Positions 20,056 to 28,781 of a DNA stretch of 57,602 bases are shown piece after piece; positions within the stretch are counted from its first letter, which is position 1; every line of letters starts with the position of its first letter. The DNA comes from Eubacteriales bacterium. Its GTDB lineage: Bacteria; Bacillota; Clostridia; Oscillospirales; CAG-382. Position numbers and translations under genes: made by a program. Where the stretch lies: NCBI GenBank assembly GCA_045534025.1, contig JAZSIW010000062.1, positions 1 through 57,602 on the forward strand, in the 5' to 3' direction. The notes under the pieces were generated by a model. The model did not search any database. It worked only from the letters and a program-made list of their open reading frames with translations, and was not told the DNA's origin.

Positions 20056-20881
20056 ACTTAGGACCGTTATCCGTTAACAGCAAATCCAACAGTAATTTTT
20101 CAAGAGCCGCACCGGAAAGTCCGCGCTCCAAATTACCATCCCTTGCCACGGAAATTATACCCGTTTCTTCAGAAACTATAATAACAACCGCATCACTTAC
20201 TTCTGTAATACCTATTGCTGCTCTATGCCTTGTTCCAAGCTCTTTCATAATATCAGGGTCTTGAGACAAAGGTAAAAAGCACCCCGCTGCATATAAACGA
20301 TTATTTCTTATAAGCATGGCGCCATCATGCAAAGGCGCTTTGTTATAAAAAATGTTACCTATCAACATAGAGCTGATATCGGCATCAATAACAGTGCCGC
20401 TTTTTATTACATCACCAAGCTTGGTCTCACACTCTATAACCATAAGCGCGCCTGTTTTCGTCGCAGACAAATTTTCTGTGGCCTTTCTGATCTCCTGTAT
20501 TCCGACAACAACTTCTTTCATCCCCGCACCGGAAAACATGCCCTTAATATTCTTGATGGAACCTGTGCCAACTTTTTCAAGCGCACTTCTAAACTCCGGC
20601 TGAAACAGTATAATAAGCGCAACCAATCCCGCCTGAGTAATGGATTGCAACAGGAAAGAAAGGGCGCGAAGCTCCAATGCATTACTTATAAGCAAGAGGA
20701 TAAAAAAGAGAATAACACCGACAACAAGCTTTCCTGCACGTCTGTCTCTTAAAAACTTAAATGCTAAATAAATAATAGCGGTAACCAGTAAAATATCAAC
20801 TATATCGTTTATAGGTGAAAACTCAACCGATGTTATCGTTTCGATTACTTCTTCCCATATCGTTTTAAGCCTAGACACCAT
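20021..20881 (-). CDS. cdaA: diadenylate cyclase CdaA
   Basis: 286 aa with three N-terminal TM helices and a DAC domain carrying LHDGAMLI and GTRHRAAIG. Confidence 0.93.
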   Translation of the reverse strand: MVSRLKTIWEEVIETITSVEFSPINDIVDILLVTAIIYLAFKFLRDRRAGKLVVGVILFFILLLISNALELRALSFLLQSITQAGLVALIILFQPEFRSALEKVGTGSIKNIKGMFSGAGMKEVVVGIQEIRKATENLSATKTGALMVIECETKLGDVIKSGTVIDADISSMLIGNIFYNKAPLHDGAMLIRNNRLYAAGCFLPLSQDPDIMKELGTRHRAAIGITEVSDAVVIIVSEETGIISVARDGNLERGLSGAALEKLLLDLLLTDNGPKFGRHSKEDKDA

Positions 20882-20908
20882 ATCCCTCCTATATCATACT
20901 TCGCAAAT

Positions 20909-20938
20909 ATTTTAGCACTGCTAATCAGAAATTGTCAA
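20909..20938 (-). promoter_or_regulatory. candidate promoter of cdaA with an embedded 13-bp palindrome
   Basis: The minus strand reads TTGACA (20938-20933), an 18-nt spacer, then TAAAAT (20914-20909). The perfect palindrome TTAGCA-G-TGCTAA (20912-20924) spans the spacer/-10 junction. Confidence 0.5.
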
Positions 20939-21564
20939 GCGTTATCACCGATGAACGCAACACTATCAAGATTTTTAATTTTATCAAGAAGATTTGTCGT
21001 TGCCAAAGCCCGATGGCTTATAGAATTTTTCTCAGCACTATTCATCTCGGCAAAAGTCTTATCCATCGGTTTATAATAAAATACCGGGTCGTATCCAAAA
21101 CCGTTGTCGCCTGAAGGCGCGTACAGAATGGACCCTGCGCAAACTCCCTCTGCAAAAACGGCTTGTCCACTCGGGAAATACGCGCACATAACAGAGACGA
21201 AACGAGCTGTTCTTTGGTTTTCTGAAGCGTCCTTCATTTCAAAAAGGAGTTTAGATATAAGTTCCGTGGAAGATGCTCCTTCACCGGCATAACGTGCAGA
21301 ATACACCCCCGGAGCACCGTTCAAATAATCAACCTCTAAACCGCTGTCATCAGCAACGGCGCACAAGCCTGTAAAATCCGAAACAGCCTTTGCCTTTATC
21401 AATGCATTACCTTGAAATGTATCAGCGTTTTCTTCTATTTCTTCAGAAAACCCCACGTCAGCCAGGGAAAGAATGCGATATTCACTTCCCTGCTCACAAG
21501 AAAAAATACGTTTAAATTCCGCAAGCTTATTTTTATTGTTTGTTGCAATAACTATTGTTTTCAT
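20935..21564 (-). CDS. rdgB: XTP/dITP diphosphatase (RdgB/HAM1 family)
   Basis: 209 aa. IVIATNNKNKLAEF...GFGYDPVF is the family signature. Confidence 0.93.
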   Translation of the reverse strand: MKTIVIATNNKNKLAEFKRIFSCEQGSEYRILSLADVGFSEEIEENADTFQGNALIKAKAVSDFTGLCAVADDSGLEVDYLNGAPGVYSARYAGEGASSTELISKLLFEMKDASENQRTARFVSVMCAYFPSGQAVFAEGVCAGSILYAPSGDNGFGYDPVFYYKPMDKTFAEMNSAEKNSISHRALATTNLLDKIKNLDSVAFIGDNA

Positions 21565-22469
21565 TATTCAAACATTGCCCTTACAAAATCATCACCGTTA
21601 AACGGCTGTAAATCCTCGGCGCCTTCTCCAACACCGATGTACTTAACAGGTATACCAAGCTCCTTTTTGATTGCCAAAACAATGCCACCCTTAGCGGTAC
21701 CGTCAAGCTTAGTAAGAACAATACCCGTAATATTTGCAACTTTAGCAAACTCTTTCGCCTGTATCAAAGCATTCTGTCCCGTAACTGCGTCGAGCACCAA
21801 CAAAGTTTCTTTTGAACAGCCGGAAAGTTCTCTCTCGATAACACGGTTTATTTTTGCAAGTTCGTCAATCAAATTCTTTTTATTATGAAGCCTACCCGCT
21901 GTATCCACAATCAAAACGTCCGCAGCCTGCTTCTTTGCAGCATTTATAGCATCGTATACAACCGCCGCAGGATCAGCACCCTCGTTTTGCTTAATTATAG
22001 ATACATTATCACGCTGTGCCCATACTTCCAACTGTTCGATTGCAGCAGCTCTGAAAGTATCCGCTGCGGCAAGCACAACTTTCTTGCCCTTTTTTTTCAA
22101 ATCCAAAGCTATCTTGCCTATAGAAGTGGTTTTACCCACACCGTTAACGCCGATCACCAAAATAACAGAAGGGCTGGTAGTAAGATTTAATTCGCCGCCG
22201 TCTCCAACGGTTTCTGCAAGGATTTTTAAAAGCAATTCCTTTGCTTCCGTAGCAGACTTAATCTTATTTGCCTTTATCTCTTCCCTTAGGCGCTGGGTTA
22301 CAAAATCCGCAGTAGGTACACCCAAATCCGCAGTTATAAGCACATCCGTAAGATCATCGTAAAAATCATCATCTATCTTGTCGTAAGACGAAAACAACGT
22401 GTCTATCTTGCCCATAATGGCATTTTTTGTTTTTTTCAAACCACTCTTTAACTTATCAAAAAAGCCCAT
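21564..22469 (-). CDS. ftsY: signal recognition particle receptor FtsY
   Basis: 301 aa with an NG domain (GVNGVGKTTSIGK, DTAGR, TKLDG). Confidence 0.95.
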   Translation of the reverse strand: MGFFDKLKSGLKKTKNAIMGKIDTLFSSYDKIDDDFYDDLTDVLITADLGVPTADFVTQRLREEIKANKIKSATEAKELLLKILAETVGDGGELNLTTSPSVILVIGVNGVGKTTSIGKIALDLKKKGKKVVLAAADTFRAAAIEQLEVWAQRDNVSIIKQNEGADPAAVVYDAINAAKKQAADVLIVDTAGRLHNKKNLIDELAKINRVIERELSGCSKETLLVLDAVTGQNALIQAKEFAKVANITGIVLTKLDGTAKGGIVLAIKKELGIPVKYIGVGEGAEDLQPFNGDDFVRAMFE

Positions 22470-22479
22470 TTTCTACTCC

Positions 22480-25400
22480 TTATTTATATTCAATATTTTG
22501 TTCCAATGCTCTTATATCAAGCTTAATATAATCAGAAACACCTTTTTCTTTCATGGTGATTCCGTAAACAACATCTGCATTTTCCATAGTACCTCTACGA
22601 TGGGTTATCATAATAAATTGTGTTGCTTCACTATGATTTTTTATATAAGTTGCAAGTCGGGCAACGTTAACCTCGTCAAGGGCAGATTCTATTTCGTCAA
22701 AAATGCAGAAAGGTGCAGGATTTATTCTTTGCAACGCCAAGTACAGGGCTACCGCAGCAAAGCTTTGTTCACCGCCGGAAAGAAGGTTTATATTCTTTAT
22801 GCTTTTTCCCGGGGGTCTTAAAATAATATCAATGCCGCAAGTTAAAGGATTATCCTCATCCTCCAGCACGCATTTAGCTGAACCTCCGCCAAATAATTCT
22901 GAAAACACCTCGCCGAAAGCGGTATTAATTTGTACAAAAGTTTGCTTAAATGCACTTCTCATGTTACTTTCAAGCTTTTCAATAGCGTTGTCTAAACTGC
23001 GACGTGTTTTATTAAGGTCGTCTGTTTGCGCCGTATAAAAATCATATCTCTCCTTGGTTTCCTTGTATTCTTCAACGGCGTTAACGTTGATGTTACCCAT
23101 AGCACGTATTTGATTTTTCAGGCTATTCAACCTTGAAGGCGCCTTTTTCATATTTTCCTCGGGCAACCTGAACTGAACTGCCGTAGAATATGTAAGCTCG
23201 TACTCGTCCCACAACTTGGCGGATACCTCCTCATACTCGCCCGTAAGCAAGCTACGTCTAGATTCCAAAGTTGTATGATAACGGAAAGCCTCTTCCTTAT
23301 CTGCCTGCGCTTCTTTTAATTTTTGGCGTAATTCGTTGGCTTTTTTTTCGTTATCCTCTCTGCCGGAAATCAGGTTTTCTATAACCTTTTGTAGCGCGCT
23401 TTTTTCTTCATCATAGTTTTTTTCTTCCTGCTCTATCAAAGCAATATCAGCATTTGCTTTTTGTATTTGCGCTTCGGCATTTTGGGACGAAAGCCCACAT
23501 TCTTTTATCCTAACGGATATGTTCCTGCAACGTTCTGAAATAGAATGACGCTTTTCCTTAAGACGAAGCAAAGCGTTTTCCTTTTCCATCACTTGCAAAC
23601 GCATTTTATTAAGCTCGTCACCAAATGATGTTGCTTCCCTTTCTGCAAACTCGGCCTCTTTTACCGCAACTGCAAGCTGTTCGGAAAACTTTTGCGCCTC
23701 GCTTTCCGCAACAGAGAGCTCTGCCTGTTTAGCTTCCGCTTCAGCAGTCAGCAAAAGAAGTTCTTTAGTGATTCCGTCGCTACTGTCACTAAAATGTTTG
23801 TAACGACGTTTTTCTTCCTCAAGGCGCATGCTTTCAACACTTACAGAATTAGAAAAACTGTCACGTTTGCTCTTTGCTACCGTAACCTTGACTGCCAAAC
23901 TTTCGCAAGCAGAAACAAAATCGTCACGTTTTTCCTGACACGCTTCCTGCTTTTCCAAAGCCGATTTATATTCATTTTCCTTGGTTGCAATGATATTGCC
24001 CAAGCGTTCAATATCGATGCTTCTTGTAAGTATGCCAACACGCTTTGCAGATGAACCACCTGTAAAGCTACCGCCTTGATGTATGACTTGACCATCCAAA
24101 GTTACAATACGCAATCTATATCCGCAAGCTCTGGCTATAACCGCCGCGCTGTCTATGTCAGAAGCTACTATGGTTTCACCCAAAAGCTTAGTAAATATAT
24201 CTTTATATTTGGTATCGTATTGGCAAAGGTCACAACCTATACCGATATACCCATCCAAATGATACAAATTGCTAACATCAGCTTTAAGGCCCTTAACAGT
24301 GCTTATAGGTAAAAAGCTTGCTCTACCGCCACCGGTTTCCTTAAGATACCTAATGCACGCTTTTGCATCTTCTTCGTCATCCACAATAATATACTGCACC
24401 GCTGTCGCCAAAGCAGTTTCCAATGCAACAACATATTTTTCATCCGTATTAAGTACAGAGGAAACAGTACCATGCAATACAGCGTTTTTATGCTTACAAA
24501 GGATTTTTCCTTCTTTTGCCGCATTAATTACATTCTTTACACTGTCTGAATACCCCTCAAGCAAGGCTTCCATGCGCATAAGATTTTCTTTCTGCTGTTT
24601 TAAAGAAGCAATATTAAGCGCAAGCTCGTTGTTAACATTCTTTATTTCCGCTAGCTCTTTGTCTGCAACTTCAACGTCTGCTGTCGCATTTTTATATGCC
24701 TCTTCAGCATCAATAAGCACAGACTTTGCGATGGCAAGTTCGGTTTTCAGTTTTTCAAACTTTTCGGAAATTTGTGCTATTCTGCTTTCAAAGCCGCTAA
24801 TTTCCTCAGCGCTACTGGCAGCATTGCGTTTTGCGTTTTCAAGATTAGCTTTTACTTCTGCAAACGCAGTAGAAACCTTGGTTCTTCTCTCTAAAGCGTT
24901 GGTATATGCTCTTTGTAAATCGTTGCGTGCCACGGTTTTCTGAGTGTAAGCGGTACGCTTTCCGCTATAACTTGCCTCAAACTCTGCAAAGGTAGTTTTT
25001 ATCTCCTCAAGGGCAGTTTCGGCTTTCAAACATGCATCCTCTGCCGCACCTATGCTATCCTCCAAACGCTGCTTTTCTGCTATAGAGTTTTCTTTTTCTT
25101 TTTTACTGTCGCTTATCAATTTTTCAAAATGGGCAATATCGTTAATCTTAAGCGCTTTCTTACCGTCAGCTGCACTTAGTTTTAAACCAATTTCACTTAT
25201 TTGTCTTTCTGTCTCCGATATTTTTTTGCCTATCTCATTGCCATGGATATAAAGGCTGTCTGCACCGGATTCAATACTGTTAATCTTTTCATCGGCGGCA
25301 ACCAAAGCTTGCGCCGCACCGGCAATAAGCTCCTCGCTACGGTTAAGCTCTTCTCTCACCTTGTCGATTTTATCAAGCCAAAGGCTTATTTCAAGCTCCT

Positions 25401-26055
25401 TCTTCTCTTCGCTTAAAGCAAGGAATTTTTTTGCGTTTTCCGCTTCTTTTTCCAAGGGACCAAGACGGGAACCTATCTCGCCCACCAAATCCGCAATACG
25501 CAGAAGATTAGCCTCCGTTGCCGCAAGCTTTCTTTCTGCCTCTATTTTTTTGTACCTGAATTTAGAAATACCTGCTGCTTCTTCAAAAATACTTCTGCGT
25601 TCATCCCCTTTTTGGGAAAGCACCTCAGCGATTTTACCCTGTCCAATCACAGAGTAGCCTTCTCTGCCTATACCTGTATCATAAAAAGCTTCGTACACGT
25701 CCTTAAGTCTTACCTGTTTTTTGTTAAGGTAATATTCACTCTCACCGCTACGGTAGTACTTTCTTGTAACAACGGTTTCTTCATCGCTACCGTCTTCGGA
25801 ATCCAAGTACAAAGACACATAAGTATAATTCGCAGGGGTGCGTTTATCAGAACCGGAGAATATAACATCCTCCATCTTACTACCTCTAAGACTTTTCATC
25901 GACATTTCGCCAAGCACCCAACGCACCGCATCGGATATGTTGGATTTACCGCTACCGTTAGGACCGATAACAGCAGTTATGCCTTTGTCAAAATTTATTC
26001 GGGTCTTGTCGGGGAATGATTTAAACCCCTGCATTTCCAAACCTATTAACTTCAA
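22480..26055 (-). CDS. smc: chromosome segregation protein SMC
   Basis: 1191 aa with an N-terminal Walker A (GPNGSGKSN), long coiled coils, a hinge, the C-terminal LSGGE signature and a Walker B (FCIFDEIESALD). Confidence 0.97.
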   Translation of the reverse strand: MKLIGLEMQGFKSFPDKTRINFDKGITAVIGPNGSGKSNISDAVRWVLGEMSMKSLRGSKMEDVIFSGSDKRTPANYTYVSLYLDSEDGSDEETVVTRKYYRSGESEYYLNKKQVRLKDVYEAFYDTGIGREGYSVIGQGKIAEVLSQKGDERRSIFEEAAGISKFRYKKIEAERKLAATEANLLRIADLVGEIGSRLGPLEKEAENAKKFLALSEEKKELEISLWLDKIDKVREELNRSEELIAGAAQALVAADEKINSIESGADSLYIHGNEIGKKISETERQISEIGLKLSAADGKKALKINDIAHFEKLISDSKKEKENSIAEKQRLEDSIGAAEDACLKAETALEEIKTTFAEFEASYSGKRTAYTQKTVARNDLQRAYTNALERRTKVSTAFAEVKANLENAKRNAASSAEEISGFESRIAQISEKFEKLKTELAIAKSVLIDAEEAYKNATADVEVADKELAEIKNVNNELALNIASLKQQKENLMRMEALLEGYSDSVKNVINAAKEGKILCKHKNAVLHGTVSSVLNTDEKYVVALETALATAVQYIIVDDEEDAKACIRYLKETGGGRASFLPISTVKGLKADVSNLYHLDGYIGIGCDLCQYDTKYKDIFTKLLGETIVASDIDSAAVIARACGYRLRIVTLDGQVIHQGGSFTGGSSAKRVGILTRSIDIERLGNIIATKENEYKSALEKQEACQEKRDDFVSACESLAVKVTVAKSKRDSFSNSVSVESMRLEEEKRRYKHFSDSSDGITKELLLLTAEAEAKQAELSVAESEAQKFSEQLAVAVKEAEFAEREATSFGDELNKMRLQVMEKENALLRLKEKRHSISERCRNISVRIKECGLSSQNAEAQIQKANADIALIEQEEKNYDEEKSALQKVIENLISGREDNEKKANELRQKLKEAQADKEEAFRYHTTLESRRSLLTGEYEEVSAKLWDEYELTYSTAVQFRLPEENMKKAPSRLNSLKNQIRAMGNINVNAVEEYKETKERYDFYTAQTDDLNKTRRSLDNAIEKLESNMRSAFKQTFVQINTAFGEVFSELFGGGSAKCVLEDEDNPLTCGIDIILRPPGKSIKNINLLSGGEQSFAAVALYLALQRINPAPFCIFDEIESALDEVNVARLATYIKNHSEATQFIMITHRRGTMENADVVYGITMKEKGVSDYIKLDIRALEQNIEYK

Positions 26056-26059
26056 AATA

Positions 26060-27082
26060 TCATTCCTCTGCTTCTATCATTACTTTTAGCTCGGCATTCT
26101 TTCCGTTTTTTAATACTTTTATCGCTTTAAAGCCATACAAGTCCTTTAACCTTTTTTTGTTCCTACCATTTAAGCCGGATGCAACAGATACCTTATTATC
26201 TGCAACATAGACACACAAAGTCTTGCCCGCTGTTGGCTGTGTTCCGATTTCTATGCAAATATGTTCAAACAATTCTTCGCCGTAAACAAGCTCTCCAATT
26301 GCGGGATGGTTTGCGCCAAAGGGTGCATTTTTTAGTTCTTCGGATGCGTGCAATCCTATTCTTAAGATATCAACACCCGCTTTTCTAAAAATCTTCAGAC
26401 AGCTAAGCGTCCTTTTAACAGCATCATCCAGAGACAGAGGTGCATAGTCACCGTTTAAGCATTGCTCATATAGCTTTGTACCCTCAAAAACCACCGTGGG
26501 ATATATTCGGACAGCACTTGCACCCATAGAAACAATATCCTTCGCTGTGATAATTTCGCTCTCAGGCGTAGAACCCGGCAACCCCACCATCATTTGTCCG
26601 ACAAATTCAAACCCGGCATCCACAATAAGCTTTGCGTTTTTAAAACATATTTCTCTGTCGTGACCTCTTGCTGTTGCTTCAAGAACAATAGGATCGGTAC
26701 TTTGTAAACCAAGTTCTATATGTGTAACGCCATATCTTTTAAGTGTTGATAGAATCTCTTTATTTATGTAGTCGGGACGTGTTGACAACCTGATACCCGA
26801 AATTTTTCCGTCTTTTACGTATTCCCACGCTGTTTCCAAAAGCACCAGCATTCGCTCACGCTCTATGCCCGTAAAACTGCCGCCAAAAAAGGCGATTTGT
26901 GCTTCTGCTCCATTAAGATAAATCAAAGAATCGTCGACGACTTGTTTTAACCGTTTAGCTTCTTCAGCCATCTCATCCACGGGCAAACAGAAGCCGGTAA
27001 TCTTTGTTTGGGAGCAAAAAGTGCAATTGTTTTTACAACCACAATGGGGTATAAAAAACGGAATGTTTTTGTGTTTTGTCAT
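26060..27082 (-). CDS. ELP3-like radical SAM protein without an acetyltransferase domain
   Basis: 340 aa. CKNNCTFC is a CX3CX2C motif near the N-terminus. It occupies the conserved slot between rnc and smc. Confidence 0.8.
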   Translation of the reverse strand: MTKHKNIPFFIPHCGCKNNCTFCSQTKITGFCLPVDEMAEEAKRLKQVVDDSLIYLNGAEAQIAFFGGSFTGIERERMLVLLETAWEYVKDGKISGIRLSTRPDYINKEILSTLKRYGVTHIELGLQSTDPIVLEATARGHDREICFKNAKLIVDAGFEFVGQMMVGLPGSTPESEIITAKDIVSMGASAVRIYPTVVFEGTKLYEQCLNGDYAPLSLDDAVKRTLSCLKIFRKAGVDILRIGLHASEELKNAPFGANHPAIGELVYGEELFEHICIEIGTQPTAGKTLCVYVADNKVSVASGLNGRNKKRLKDLYGFKAIKVLKNGKNAELKVMIEAEE

Positions 27083-27085
27083 AGT

Positions 27086-27802
27086 TTATTCTTCGCCAAA
27101 AAAACCAAGTGCCATTTTTGCAGCTTGCTGCTCAGCTTCACGCTTAGTTCTTCCCCAACCTTCTCCAAGCATATTGCTGTTTAGATAAACAGCCGTTTTA
27201 AACACACGGTCATGAGGTGGACCCACTTCTTCTACAAGCTTATACTCCAAAACCTCCTCCGGGGTTTGTTGTACAAGTTTTTGCAATCTGGATTTATAGT
27301 CTGTGTCCCAACCTTTTGCAGCTTTGTCTATTATAGGGATAATTTTAGGCAACAAAAACTCCCTTGCTTTTTCAAGTCCGCCATCCAGATATACGGAAGC
27401 CAAAAGAGCCTCGAAAGCATCGGCAAGTATGCTTTTACGAAGCCTTCCTCTCGTAGCAGACTCCCCATGACCGAAAAGCATATACTCTCCAAGCTTTAAA
27501 TCGGTTGCAAGTAAATATAAGGAATCTTCACACACCGAAGCCGCGCGCGTCTTTGTAAGCTCTCCCTCGTTAAGCTCAGCGTAACTGTTGAATATGTAAT
27601 CACTTACCAAAACCGACAGTACACTATCCCCCAAAAACTCCAACCTTTCGTTATCCTGCAAACGTTGTTTCCCGTGTTTAGTTTCGTTACAATACGAAGA
27701 GTGCGTCATTGCGGTACGTAAAAGTTCTATATTTTTGTAAGTGTATCCTATATCGGCTTGCAAGCCCTCTATGGGCAATGGTCCGTTATTCTTCTGTTCC
27801 AT
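27086..27802 (-). CDS. rnc: ribonuclease III
   Basis: 238 aa with the catalytic signature ERLEFLGDSVL and a C-terminal dsRBD. Confidence 0.95.
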   Translation of the reverse strand: MEQKNNGPLPIEGLQADIGYTYKNIELLRTAMTHSSYCNETKHGKQRLQDNERLEFLGDSVLSVLVSDYIFNSYAELNEGELTKTRAASVCEDSLYLLATDLKLGEYMLFGHGESATRGRLRKSILADAFEALLASVYLDGGLEKAREFLLPKIIPIIDKAAKGWDTDYKSRLQKLVQQTPEEVLEYKLVEEVGPPHDRVFKTAVYLNSNMLGEGWGRTKREAEQQAAKMALGFFGEE

Positions 27803-28781
27803 TCCCGTTTATTCTCCCAAATCTTGTTTCAAATTCTTTAATAATGCCACTTTCGGTGTATGCCTTTGCCAAACGTATTGCATTATATATCCCTAAGGAG
27901 TCGGAGTTGCCATGAGCTTTGATGACCGGTTTGGCAACACCTAAAATAGGCGCACCGCCTGTTTGCCGTGAATCCATTTTTTTTCTAAGTTTTTTAATAT
28001 TGTTTTTGCAAGGCAAATAAGCAAGCTTTGTAAAAATATTTTGTTTAAAAATGCTTCTGATGGTTTCCGACATAAACTTGCCCATACCCTCAATAAGCTT
28101 AAGCGCAATATTACCCGTAAATCCGTCGCAAACAAGTACGTCGCAACAATCAAAGGGCAACTCACGGGACTCTACGTTGCCGATAAAGTTTAGCTCTGTA
28201 TCCTTCAAAATTGCATAAGCTTCTTTGGTAACAGGCAAGCCTTTGGTTTCCTCGGTGCCATTTGAAAGCAAAGCAACCCGTGGATTATCAACACCTAAAA
28301 CCTTTTCTGCATATAAAGCACCCATATACGCAAACTGACACAAATTTTCAGCCAATACATCTATGTTTGCACCTGCATCTACCATAATGAAAGGCTTATC
28401 CAAGGGCACGACCGTACCTATAGCGGCACGTCGAATCCCTTTTACCCTCCTAAGACGAATGGAAGCTGCGGAAAGCAACGCACCGGTATTTCCCGGGCTT
28501 ACGAGCGCATCTGCTTCTCCTGTTTTTACAAGCTTAACGCCCACGGCTAAAGAAGAGTCTTCTTTTTCTTTTATGGCGGACAAAGGGTCGTCCTCCATTG
28601 TAACAACCTGTGTAGATGTTACAATATGAATGCCGTTTCCTTTGTTTTCGTATCGGGAAACAACCTCGTTGTCGCCGATCAATACAATGTTTATGCCAAA
28701 GTCATTAGCAGCGTTCAATGCACCTTTTACTATTTCTTCAGGCGCATTGTCTCCACTCATTACATCAACAGCAATTATCAT
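27786..28781 (-). CDS. plsX: phosphate acyltransferase PlsX
   Basis: 331 aa. MIIAVDVMSGDNAPEEIVKG...HGNS is the PlsX family pattern. It overlaps topA by 4 nt and rnc by 17 nt. Confidence 0.95.
   Translation of the reverse strand: MIIAVDVMSGDNAPEEIVKGALNAANDFGINIVLIGDNEVVSRYENKGNGIHIVTSTQVVTMEDDPLSAIKEKEDSSLAVGVKLVKTGEADALVSPGNTGALLSAASIRLRRVKGIRRAAIGTVVPLDKPFIMVDAGANIDVLAENLCQFAYMGALYAEKVLGVDNPRVALLSNGTEETKGLPVTKEAYAILKDTELNFIGNVESRELPFDCCDVLVCDGFTGNIALKLIEGMGKFMSETIRSIFKQNIFTKLAYLPCKNNIKKLRKKMDSRQTGGAPILGVAKPVIKAHGNSDSLGIYNAIRLAKAYTESGIIKEFETRFGRINGNGTEE

Noticed and set aside
24269-24943. 224-aa plus-strand ORF antisense to smc
   Set aside because: It is a shadow of the coiled-coil-encoding region (Ser/Ala/Leu-rich translation) and lies inside a 1191-aa SMC gene with all motifs intact.
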